Shown piece by piece: positions 1 to 9,654 of a stretch of 20,000 nucleotides of DNA. The position numbers were made by a program, and so were the translations under genes. Source of the DNA: Spirogloea muscicola (Eukaryota); contig WELB01000026.1 in NCBI GenBank assembly GCA_009602725.1, positions 120,963 through 140,962 on the forward strand. The letters run 5' to 3'. Below the pieces are notes generated by a model. The model was not told where the DNA came from, made no database searches, and saw nothing but the letters and a program-made list of their open reading frames with translations. The first letter of the stretch is position 1; each line of letters starts with the position of its first letter.

Positions 1-88
1 CGGGGCCGGACCTTGGGCTTCCCTCGACACAACCTCGGAGGAGGGGTGGCAGGTGGAACGTTATGAGTAGTAGACCGAGGCTAGACTC

Positions 89-200
89 TGGCTCTGGCCG
101 GGGGACCCGCTTCCAGGAACCCAGTCTCTCTGACCCGAGGCTGCTTAGCAGGGGTTACTGAGTGCTTCGTAGCTGTTTCGTTGCTTTCTTGTGCTTGACC
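89..200 (+). mobile_element. 3'-end remnant of a CRE-like non-LTR retrotransposon (last codons plus start of 3' UTR)
   Basis: Translates GSGRGTRFQEPSLSDPRLLSRGY* (stop ~158-160). Closely matches 6411-6520 (+) and 8498-8570 (-), and has the same C-terminal motif as the large element ending at 17197. Confidence 0.8.
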
Positions 201-729
201 AGTGACGCCCAGAGAGGCACACCCCTGCTTGCCTGCTGCCGCAGCCGCCGCCCCAGCCCTTCTGCTGCCGTCTGCTGCCCAGCCCGTCGCCGCAGCCCGT
301 TGCTGCAGACATCGCCGGCTCTCCGTAAGTGCCACGGTTGCGTCCCATCTGGGGGCAGCTACTAATCCCAGACCCTCTGTAGAGTCGCCGCCTTCTGGCG
401 GTGCTTCAGGGTAAACCTTCTGCTGTGCTATGTGATGCACGTGTGTGCTCCGTGTGCGCTGGCGTTCCACTATGTAGGGGGGTAGTTCCTAATCCCCCTA
501 GGTCTGAACTCAATAAGGACGTACTAACCCCTCACTGCGTGTGTAGGGATCAGAACGTCACAACCCGCTTGAGTACTTTGAAATGTTCAGCCAACTCACT
601 TGGCTCCTCATTCCTCGACTTCACCGAGCATCGCTGTGTAACCAACACCCTCGGCTGTCCAGCGGGCTTGCAGCAGGCTCGAGCAAGTACCACAAAGGAT
701 GGCCACTTAGTGAGCACAAGTAAGCAACC

Positions 730-826
730 GCAAGTCAGAAACATCAAGCCGCCACTAGATGCGCCTTGCCGTGTCCTGCAAGTCAGAAAGATTAGCCGCC
801 ACTAGATGCGCCTTGCCATGTCCCTG
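730..826 (+). repeat. Imperfect ~48-bp tandem duplication at the 5' junction of a retrotransposon remnant
   Basis: gcaagtcagaaa...agccgccactagatgcgccttgcc occurs twice in tandem. Confidence 0.75.
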
Positions 827-895
827 CAGCAATCCTTGGCTTTTGCTGTGCACTTGCGGATAGGCCGCGCCTTGGCTGCTGCCTCCGGCTTCTGA
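806..895 (+). mobile_element. CRE-like retrotransposon C-terminal remnant
   Basis: Translates MRLAMSLQQSLAFAVHLRIGRALAAASGF*, homologous to MRLAVSLQRSLAFAVHLRAGRALAAASGFR at 19868-19955. Confidence 0.8.
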
Positions 896-1522
896 CTTGT
901 CTTTGTCTACGAATTATCGTGCAGTTTTCTCTCTGCTTTGCCAAGGATTGCAATTGTACGGCTTTGTCCCATTGGACAAAGCAGGGACAGGGGGGAAGCT
1001 TCGGCTCCGCGATGGAGTTACTGACAGAGTTCATATTGATTCTGCTTAAGAAATGAAAATATGAGCCAAAACCGATTTAGCCATCACTGATGGCGAAATC
1101 ATATGTGATATCCCTCCGAAGGCGTTGCATGAAAGAACATGAACGGCACACACATCGATGCACCAGATGAGTTTATCCACCAGAAACGGTTGTGCTCATA
1201 GGTTGCCTCGTCATGTGCTTCGCAGCCATCTACATTGCTGAGATCCTTGTAGTCGAAGTGGTATTCCGGAGGAGAATTTAATGAGCTGGAAGTAGAGGAT
1301 GGACAGCGATTGCGACGCTTTTAGACTGGCTCAACTTAGCAGCATTCCGAATGAGAGACAACAGGTCAAGACCAATATAACAAGTGTTAACGGCGCTTTG
1401 ATATCTGGGACCGACTTTGAATGTCTCTGTTGGCCTCCCACCGAGAATGCCATATCCGTTAGCTGCGAGCCAGCGACCTTGTTTGTTTGTTCATCACGTA
1501 GTGTACACGTTAGAGATATGTA

Positions 1523-1730
1523 CAACGAATTATCAATTATTATACACAATTAGAAGTTGATGAGATTGGTCGAGTTTTTTCTGTAGGAGATGGGATTGCA
1601 CGTGTATATGGATTAAATTTGTTAAAAAGGCAGGATAATTAGTAAAATTCTCTAGTGGTGTAAAAGGAATGGCTTTAAATTTAGAGACTGAAAATGTAGG
1701 AATTGTGGTTTTTGGTAGGATACAACTATA
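1523..1730 (+). pseudogene. atp1: NUMT: degenerate fragment of mitochondrial ATP synthase F1 alpha subunit
   Basis: AT-rich island. Manual translation [32 protein letters not shown] / frameshift / [29 protein letters not shown] is the N-terminal region of F1 alpha. VDEIGRV and [13 protein letters not shown] fit the mitochondrial/alphaproteobacterial type better than the plastid type. Confidence 0.88.
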
Positions 1731-2172
1731 GTCAAACTTAATGGTTTCAGAGTAAGAATGACGTCCTAGAAACAACTGACATCCACACGCTCGACAGGTC
1801 TAGCAAGACAACCTGTACCCATATGTAAGAAGAGACGAGAAGTGAGCTCTTCCAGAAGGGGGCCGCGGGTGTGAATGGCCAGCTCAGATAGAATGGTCTA
1901 TAGACCCATATAAATCTACAGATTATGTCGTTGTGTCAATGTCAGCAACTACTTATCTGCACATCTGTTGTACCATCTGTTACTGCCTCTGACTTGCAAT
2001 TCCCTTGATGTTGTAAACTAGAAGATGATCTGCATTTGCAACATTGTTACTTGACATAATGCACGATCCCAGAAGGCAGCTACTATACGAGGAATACAAC
2101 AGGGGCTTATTGATAAAAGCCTGTATCACAAGATCACAAAGGGTTGGGCAAGCAAACGGTCACTACAAGTGT

Positions 2173-4408
2173 TCATGACAGTACAAAATCACGTATGTGA
2201 GAATTGATAGTCTTGAAATCATCCCACATCAACCAGTATGTAAGCTGCACGAGCGTAAAGAGACGGTACTTCAATATTGAGCAACTGGTAACTGCTTCGC
2301 CCAATCGTGATTTGTGATGCTTTATCATCAGGGTCAGCCAGTCATGCACTGAAGAGCACTATAACGAGCTTACTTTCACAAAAGCTTGTGTGAGTGAGTG
2401 GTGGCCACATAACACTACCTTGCATTCGACACGTGCATAAGGGAGAACGATGGAGAGCAAAGCTCAAAGCCACAGCAAAATATTCAAGCTACTGGGCATA
2501 TAAAGACATTGCCTTGACAAATACTACACTGAGATGAGATGGGAATTTTATGTAGGAGGCTATCAAACCTGCGGAAAGTGGAATATTTGTTGACGTGGTA
2601 CCAATTTCGTTGGAGTTGCCGTCATGTCAGCAGTAGCATATTTATCCTTGTCTCCCCAGAGAAGAAGTACAGGAATGGATATTTGTACAGTGGGCTCTTG
2701 AAACCAGAGTCCTTTGAAGAATGCTCTATGATAGTTGATCGAACAACCCAAAGCTCCTGGTACACTGAAGGCTTCCACATGCCTGGAAGATGTCAACTTT
2801 ATTGTCAAGTCGTCTCAAAGTTACATAACAATGATAGCTCAATGGTAGAATGTGACTTGAAGCAACCTACTTGTTGACGTCCTCCTCAGAAAGCCTTTGA
2901 AGAGGTTCTCGCTCATATCGATGTCGCAGCTTCTTGTATCTGTGCCATAAGAAAGACCGTTTGATGGGTACATGCACCAAGCAGCACAAAGTCCTGGCTA
3001 CTGATCAATACACCAACCTCACAAGTGAAGGTCGAGAGCAATGGCAAGGGAGATTCACCTCCGAAAAGTCGCACGAGCGTAATTAATTTATAAACTTTGC
3101 GACCCAGAATGCACAAAGACAACATACGAGAAACCTTTTGCTGACCCCTGACATCGTTGGACAAGGTTGAGACTCTGCGAGGTCACATCCAGTAGCTTGA
3201 AGAAGAGCTTACCTGTTGAGTGTCATGAATCTCTCAGGAATGCTTGGAATCTGGAAGACGTCTGAAAATGCAAAGGTCATTAAAACTCCGAAGGTTGTTA
3301 ATGAGCGGCACGGCAAGCCATCAATCAGTCAAGCTAAGCTCACCGAATCCTACCTGCTGACCATGTCCAGGTTGAAGGGCAATATCATCTGTCTTATGGT
3401 GCTCTACTCCATCTAACTAAAAGTAGCGCAGCAGCACTAAGTGCACGAGGATGCTCAGAAATTGTATACAAGTCTTCAACGAGCCGAGCAGGAGGCAAGC
3501 AAGCTACAGAAGAGCCGGAACATACACCAGTACCAATATCGTAAGGCTTTCATAGGGGTTCGCCAAAGCGAAAGGGCGTCTTTGAGCACTTTTGGGTGTG
3601 GTCCATTGAGCACAATCAACTTCTGTAGCTTGTCAGGATAATCCATTGCAAAAGCCCAAGCAACCAATGCTCCCCATCCATGGCCCACCTGGGATCACGC
3701 ATGTGCAGGGCATAAAAGTACGGCCACAGCTGATTGCTGCACAGCGGGTATGCAAGTCAGGCAGACATTTCAGGGGGGGCAGGTGGGTCTGGCACAATTG
3801 ACAACGCACCACAGCCAACGCGGTTGTCCTCGACGATGTTACTGCAATGACTGCCGCGAGGTCGTACGTCAGCTGCTTCTGGCTGTAATTCCAGATGCCC
3901 GGAACCTGGGAAGACAGGTTGTAGCCCCGCAAGTCCAGACCGACGACATGGAGTCCAGCCAGCGCCAAGGGTGCAAGCTGGCGGCGCCAGCTGTACCAGA
4001 ATTCGGGGAAGCCGTGGAGGAAGACGACCTGCATGACCGTCAAGCACGTGAATCTTGTGGCTGCCGTGCGCGACAAGGAGTCGTTGTCTGGCATGGCGGT
4101 GCGCCTCCAAGCTAGAGTGGTATCAGCAGCATAGGCAGGCTGTTGAGCACTTCTATGTCAGTTGCAAGTGGTGGCCAACAAGGCCTTGCCTGCATCTGTC
4201 GTTTAGAGCTTGCAGCGGAAGGCAGAGTTGCACAGGGCAGTGAGCATTGGGCTGGAACTCGGCGGCTCACCGGTCGGCGAGCGAGGTCGCCACCCTCGAC
4301 ATAGTGCAAGGAGACTGGTCCACGGTGAAGCCAGCGGTGGATGAGCTCGGCGCCGTCGACGCGCTCGCAGGCAGGAGGAGAGGGGCCAGGCGGGGAGCCG
4401 AGCGCCAT
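2173..4408 (-). CDS. Epoxide hydrolase-like alpha/beta hydrolase (EPHX/EH family), 7 exons, ~307 aa, catalytic residues substituted. Exons: 4408-4271, 4028-3810, 3688-3526, 3261-3213, 2939-2871, 2782-2569, 2244-2173
   Basis: Manually spliced model with all introns GT-AG and consistent phases (924 nt including stop). Motifs in family order: LHYVEGG, PVVFLHGFPEFWYSWRRQL, LDLRGYNLS, VGHGWGALVAW, LIVLNGPHP, WYWYVFQIPSIPE, LSEEDVNKHVEAFSVPGAL..INYHRA, IPVLLLWGDKD, LTYWLMWDDFKTINSHIRDFV*. The start codon (4408) is the least certain part, since the frame is open to 4609. Confidence 0.88.
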
Positions 4409-4625
4409 TGTGGTAGGCGCCACGGCTGGCGCGCAGTGGCGAGGGGGCCGGCGGTGGACGCCATGCCGGACGGCGGAGGGACCCGAGGCCAGCGGCAGTC
4501 GACATCTTTGGCTGTCTGGGTCCTCGTTTCCACACGTTCGATGCCCGCCGACGTAGTCGGGCGAGTAGCTTAGGAAAAAGTTCGGACATTCTAGCGTCCC
4601 GCAAGCCATCGTTGCATGCTAAAGA

Positions 4626-4870
4626 ATGCGGCTATCATTAAGTCTACAGCGCTCCCAGGCACTCGCGATACACCAGCGTGCTGGTCGTGCATTATCCCAG
4701 GCTGATGGCTTCCGTGGTGGTGGTTTGGCTCCTCAGTACAGCTTGTCAGATATGAATGTGCTCACTTGGGGATATTTAGTGTCCCCCTTAGCCAGCTCAT
4801 TACTCAGTCAAAGGACATTCATAAGACCAGAATTGGCCTCCCTTCAATTTCACGCGGACCGCGCTCCTTG
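4626..4870 (+). mobile_element. 3'-end remnant of a family C-like CRE retrotransposon (C-terminus plus 3' UTR)
   Basis: MRLSLSLQRSQALAIHQRAGRALSQADGFRGGGLAPQYSLSDMNVLTWGY matches copy C at 19171-19323. The downstream ttggcctcccttcaatttc...ccgcgctcctt matches 19417-19452. Confidence 0.85.
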
Positions 4871-4954
4871 CCAATCTAGGCTACACGCGACGTGCAGATG
4901 TGTTTCCGGCTGAGATGGGCTTGCCAGCTGCAAATCTGTCGTTCTTGCGACGAC

Positions 4955-5247
4955 GTTTCGGCCTGTTTGCAGCATGCTCAGGCTAATGCTTTGCACCAGA
5001 AAGCTGGGCGAGCTCTAGTTGGTCGTCGGGCCGAGCGATCAAACGAGTGGGGGATAGTTTTCCGGCAGCTAGTCTGTCGGATGTGAGGCTCCTCGCTCGT
5101 AACTACTGAGTGGTCCATCCTCCCCCGTTCTGCCATAGCCTCTTCAGGCCCTGCAGTCGCTGCTTAGCTCGTAGTGTGGCCCCTTGTCAATTCTTTTCGG
5201 GCTGGCTTCTCACAGCCCTCGCCCCCATTGGGAGAGCCACTTCTTCT
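4955..5247 (+). mobile_element. Chimeric CRE 3' remnants ending in a family D 3' UTR and the shared terminal motif
   Basis: VSACLQHAQANALHQKAGRAL is followed by 5050-5247, which is nearly identical to 5968-6173 (FPAASLSDVRLLxRNY*, UTR, terminal motif, ttcttct). Confidence 0.8.
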
Positions 5248-5334
5248 AGTTGGTGGCAGTGGGCTTCGTTTCTGACATCTAGTATCCAGGCATCGATTAG
5301 TGACCTTTATGTTTTGTGCTCATTAACCCGTGGT

Positions 5335-5432
5335 TAATGAGCAAGCAATCTGCTGTAGATTTTGTAGGTCTTTAGATGTGCTTGCCTGTGTACTCGGCCA
5401 TTTGGCCTTCGTTTGTTTCAAAAACACGAAAT
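5335..5432 (+). repeat. ~100-bp dispersed repeat, with an inverted copy at ~8008-8104 and a short partial copy at ~11465-11488
   Basis: gtaggtcttWagatgtgcttgcctKtgtactYggccatttggccttcgtttgtttcaaaWacacga is present here on + and as the reverse complement at 8008-8080. Confidence 0.75.
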
Positions 5433-5877
5433 TGCGTGAGGGATGTGAGAACGTGTTTGGAAAGTGATGGAGGGCCAAAATGATTGCACTTCCAGGGTGT
5501 CCAATCAGAAGTAGTCCAATCTGCATTTGTTGAGTGGAGCTGCTTGATCATGCATCTGTAAGTCACAGAGAGATTACGATCTGGCCGCGCTTGCTTAATG
5601 AGTAGATTTGTAGTTTGCGCCTTCCGGCCCATTCATGCCTTCTGGGCTGGCCTCACAGCCATCGCTTTGCCATCACAGCACGGACTTTGGACCAGCTGTT
5701 TCCTTTTCCAATCGTGTATTTTCCCCCATTCGATGCCCGAGGGTGTGGAAGTCCGGGAAAGCGCGCCAGCTGCCCGGTTCCAGCGGGGTCGCCCGTCATG
5801 GACCCGGCCTACAACTAACTTCTCCCGTTCTGACATAGCATCTTCAGGCCCCTTCGTAGCTGCTAAGCGCTTTTTAA

Positions 5878-6175
5878 ACGCTTGTCCGTCTCCCTCCAGC
5901 GGTCCATGGCGCACGCCTTGCATCTGCGTGCTGGCCGTGCTCTCGCTGCGGCCTCCGGCTTTCGTCAGGGGGATGGTTTACCGGCAGCTAGTCTGTCGGA
6001 TGTGAGGCTCCTTACTCGTAACTACTAAGCGGTCCATCCTCCCCCTTTCTGCCATAGCCTCTTCAGGCCCCGCAGTCGCTGCTTAGCTCGTAGTTTGGCC
6101 CCTTCGAACCTTGTCAATTCTTTTCGGGCTGGCTTCTCACAGCCCTTGCCCCCATTGGGAGAGCCACTTCTTCCT
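5878..6175 (+). mobile_element. 5'-truncated family D CRE retrotransposon (C-terminus, 3' UTR, terminal motif)
   Basis: RLSVSLQRSMAHALHLRAGRALAAASGFRQGDGLPAASLSDVRLLTRNY* (stop ~6026-6028), then a ~145-nt UTR ending gagagccacttcttc. Confidence 0.88.
6097..6173 (+). repeat. Reference copy of the ~75-nt shared terminal repeat ggccccttcgaaccttgtcaattcttttcgggctggcttctcacagcccttgcccccattgggagagccac(ttc)n
   Basis: Other copies on +: ~5178-5247, 6201-6270, 10857-10935, 11537-11620, 19647-19685 (partial). On -: ~6712-6780, 6890-6970, 7173-7212 (partial), 7211-7290, 7419-7497, 8331-8368 (partial), 8686-8762, 8925-8960 (partial), 11101-11177, 11667-11740, 19517-19593. Diverged variants at 6345-6390, 6565-6612, 7350-7390, 17280-17320, 19690-19712. 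Confidence 0.95.
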
Positions 6176-6404
6176 CTTTTTAAAGGCCCCTCCGTCATTT
6201 GGCCCTTTCGAACCTATGTCAATTCTTTTCGGGCTGGCTTTTCACAGTCCTTGCCCCCATCGGGAAGTGCCAGAAGCCCTTTCTTCTTTTTCTAACTTCC
6301 GGCAGAGCCCTCGCTGCTGCCTCTGGCTCTGGCCAGGGGAAGAAAGGGCTCGCCCATCGAGGGTAGGGGCTGGAAAAGCCAGCCCTAAAATAGAAGCCAG
6401 AGGT

Positions 6405-6615
6405 CCTGCCTCTGGCTCTGGCCAGGGGACCCGCTTCCAGGAGCCCAGCTTCTTTGACCTAAGGCTGCTTAGCAGGGGTTACTGAGTGCTTCGTAGCTGC
6501 CTTGTTTCTTCTTGTGCTTGTTTCTCTTAGCGCTTCCCTGGCCCCCTACTCATACTTTTTTCGTCCTTTTTGGGCTGGCTTTTCCAACCCCTATCCTCAA
6601 TGGGCGAGCCCTTCC
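6405..6615 (+). mobile_element. CRE 3' remnant (family E) with 3' UTR and a variant terminal motif
   Basis: ASGSGQGTRFQEPSFFDLRLLSRGY* (stop at 6485). The UTR start is shared with 160-200, followed by tttttgggctggcttttccaacccct. Confidence 0.8.
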
Positions 6616-6889
6616 TCTGACTTCTATGAACAGCCAGCCCGAACAGCGCTGCCAAATAGAAAAAAGAAGTGGCTCTCCCAATGCCAGCCCCTCTTCTCTC
6701 GAGCACTTTCTTTCTCCCAATGGGGGCAAGGGCTGTGAAAAGCCAGCCCGAAAATAATTGACACAGGGTCCAAGGGGCCACAATGACGGAGGGGCCTGAC
6801 AATGCTATGTCAGAACGGGTGGAGAATGGACCACTCAGTGCCAAATTGACTGGTGGCTGTGACAGAAAGAAGAAGTGCGCGCCCATAGA

Positions 6890-7173
6890 GAAGAAGAAGT
6901 GGGTCTCCCAATGGGGGCAAGGGCTGTGAGAAGCCAGCCCCAAAAAGAATTGACAAGGTTCGAAGGGGCCAAACTACGAGCTAAGCAGCGACTGCGGGGC
7001 CTGAAGAGGCTATGGCAGAACGGGGGAGGATGGACCACTCAGTAGTTAGGAGTAAGGAGCCTCACATCCGACAGACTAGCTGCCGGAAAACCATCCCCCT
7101 GACGAAAGCCGGAGGCCGCAGCGAGAGCACGGCCAGCACGCAGAGATGCAAGGCGTGGGCCATGGACCGCTGG
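6890..7173 (-). mobile_element. 5'-truncated family D copy, inverted relative to 5896-6173
   Basis: The reverse complement reads LRAGRALAAASGFRQGDGFPAASLSDVRLLTPNY* plus the same UTR and terminal motif. Confidence 0.88.
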
Positions 7174-7606
7174 AAGAAGAAGTGGCTCTCCCAATGGGGG
7201 CAAGGGCTGTGAGAAGAAGTGGCTCTCCCAATGGGGGCAAGGGCTGTGAGAAGCCAGCCCGAAAAGAATTGACAAGGTTCGAAGGGGCCAAACTACGAGC
7301 TAAGCAGCGGCTGCGGGGCCTGAAGAGGCTATGGCAGAACGGGGGAAGAGGGGCTGGCAAAGCCAGCCCAAAAAAAAATGGACAATGTCCAAAGCCAAAG
7401 AAAGAGGAGCCGGAAAAAGAAGAAGTGGCTCTCCCAATGGGGGCAAGGGCTGTGAGAAGCCAGCCCGAAAAGAATTGACAAGGTTCGAAGGGGCCAAACT
7501 ACGAGCTAAGCAGCGACAAAGGAAAATGCGGAAAAAGCGGAAAAAGGACTACACTACAAAACACTGCGAAACAAATAGACGATGCAGAGGGAAGCTCAGT
7601 ACCCAC
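7173..7606 (-). mobile_element. Stack of nested 3' UTR fragments: a family A/B 3' UTR (7606-7345) interrupted by a family D terminus (7420-~7517) and fused to another family D UTR (7345-7173)
   Basis: The reverse complements of 7540-7606 and 7345-7415 match 17187-17250 and 17253-17320. The intervening piece matches 6076-6173 and is flanked by the direct repeat cggaaaaag. Confidence 0.8.
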
Positions 7607-8330
7607 CGAAGGGGAGTTGGTGGATGGGGTGTGCCCTCCCCGGAAGTAGTGCAATACTGGGGCGACGCTGGCGGGCCCGAGCAGCAAGCTGCCTCTGTGG
7701 GTCCCGCCCCCCCGCATATCATTATATCATAAAACATTAGAAAAATCAAAACAATATATGTAAAATACAAAATATAAAATTTAATTTTTAAAAACTAAAA
7801 AATTAAAGATATTTACTATCATGTGACCTGATGGGTCATGAATAAGATATTATACTGATAAGAACAGGTACTACACTTGATCTTAGCCAAAAGGCCGAAA
7901 GGCTGTGACAGGCCAGCTACCGCGCTCAGCCGTGACGAACCAAGCGCGAGTTGCAGAAGCAGAGGCAGGGCAGGTACCTGACGAGAGGCGCGCGTTGCGC
8001 ATGAAGGAATATCGTGTATTTGAAACAAACGAAGGCCAAATGGCCAAGTACAAAGGCAAGCACATCTTAAGACCTACATAAGCTACAGTAGATTGACCCG
8101 CTCATGCACGTTGCGCATGGAGCCCCCTTGCTGCCCTCTTAGCACTTAGTACCTGGTTTTTTGCGCCATCCGGCTCCTTCAGACCTTGTCCATTCCTTTG
8201 GGCTATCCTCGTACAGCCACCTAAACCCTCTTTTTCTGTCGGCGAGCAATTTCTTACAGCCACTGGTCAATTTGGACGCGCTCTTGAGCATGGAACAGAA
8301 AGAATATGGCGACGGCTATTAGTAGAAAGA

Positions 8331-8962
8331 GAGAAGTGGCTATCCCAACGGGGGCAAGGGCTGTGAGAAAGTGCGCTCCCATAGAGAAAAGGTGCTGGCA
8401 GAGGCCAGCCCGAAAAGAATGGACAAAAAAGCAAAGAGCCAAAAAGGTGCCTACAAGGAAAAGACACAGCTAGACACAAGACGACGCATCGGGAAACTCA
8501 GTAACCCCTGCTAAGCAGCCGCAGGTCGAGAAGCTGGGCTCCTGGAAGCGGGTTCCCAGGCCAAAGCCAGAGGCCGCAGCGAGGGCACGACCGGCACGCA
8601 AATGCAACGCAAAAGCCATAGACCTTTGCAGCGAGACGGACAGGCGCATTCGATACACTTGTGCGAGCGAGCCTGCAACATGGAAGAGAAGTGGCACTCC
8701 CAATTGGGGCAAGGGCTGTGAAAAGCCAGCCCGAAAAGAATTGACAAAGTTTCGAAGGGGCCAAATGACGGGGCCTAAAAAGCGTTAAGCAGCTACGAAG
8801 GGGCCTGAAGATGCTATATGCAACATGGAAGCCCACCGGCTCCCCATGGTAGCGGCGGGAGAGGGCGTGGCGCACGAGCTGGTTGAGCAGCTCGAGCCAC
8901 CGAGCACCCACCCTCCGAGAAGACAGCCCGAAAAGTAATTGACAAGGTTCGAATGGGCCAAA
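8331..8962 (-). mobile_element. Cluster of CRE 3' remnants and terminal motifs (coding remnant 8682-8498)
   Basis: FHVAGSLAQVYRMRLSVSLQRSMAFALHLRAGRALAAASGFG...RFQEPSFLDLRLLSRGY* (one frameshift), flanked by terminal-motif copies. Confidence 0.82.
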
Positions 8963-9190
8963 TTACGAAGGGGCCAGAAGCGCAATTGCAAAACTGGGGT
9001 AGGCTGATTCACTCAATGGCAACGAGTGAAGAGCCTCAAATCCGACAGACTAGCTAGCGGAGAACACTCCCCCTGACGAAAGCCAGAGGCAGCAGCGAGA
9101 GCACGGCCAGCATGCAGGTGCAAAGCGTGGGCCATGGACTGCTCAAGGGATATAGATTCGCATGCAGTGTACCTGAGCCAACGAGCCAGC
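8925..9190 (-). mobile_element. Degenerate CRE C-terminus plus 3' UTR (UTR related to family F)
   Basis: SISLEQSMAHALHLHAGRALAAASGFRQGECSPLASLSDLRLFTRCH*. The UTR cctaccccagttttg...ttctggccccttcgta matches the reverse complement of 11745-11785. Confidence 0.8.
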
Positions 9191-9204
9191 GGCAGAAGGA
9201 AAGA

Positions 9205-9500
9205 AGAGAGAGAGAAGGCGCGCGGTGCGAATTGGAAGGGAGGCCATTCAAGCCAATACATTGTTCAGGCACGAATTTTTGCAAAAAATGAGGCCGCATG
9301 AAGCGAAGCCCTGTGCTGAGGTGGCTAAGGTAACAGTGTGACGTTAGTACCCACCTGAGCACATGCAAAGCCGACAAGCTGACTCAGGGAGCCCGAGCGC
9401 CGACATGGAAGCCGGTGGCCAGACTTGGAGCTCGCGCAGCTCGCTGATGAATAGCCAGAGCTTGCGAGCGCTGCAAGAAGCGAAAGCCGCATTCTGTAAC
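9205..9500 (-). mobile_element. Degenerate family C-like 3' remnant
   Basis: Frameshifted RMRLSL..LQRSQALAIHQRAARAPSLATGF...SLSALHVL..gggtactaa, followed by a UTR with tggcctccct...ccgcgcgccttctctctc as at 19418-19457. Confidence 0.75.
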
Positions 9501-9654
9501 ATGCTACTAATGCCTGCGGAATGCAAGTGTGCCTCAAGAAAGGCCATTCCAGTGAAGGGCGATGGCTGTGATTGGCCAGCCCAGTAAAAAGAACTGAGTA
9601 GTATTTGAAAGGGCCAGAATTTCATTAAAGCACAGCGACTCGAGTGGCCACTGG

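Noticed and set aside
1099..1285. Possible additional minus-strand exon (SLNSPPEYHFDYKDLSNVDGCEAHDEATYEHNRFW...)
   Set aside because: Plausible acceptor at 1286-1287, but no recognisable homology or partner exons.
6097..6173. HDV-like or hammerhead ribozyme in the terminal repeat
   Set aside because: No CUGANGA/GAAA core, and I could not build a convincing nested double pseudoknot by eye. A possible ggcttctc/gagagcc pairing is broken in several copies.
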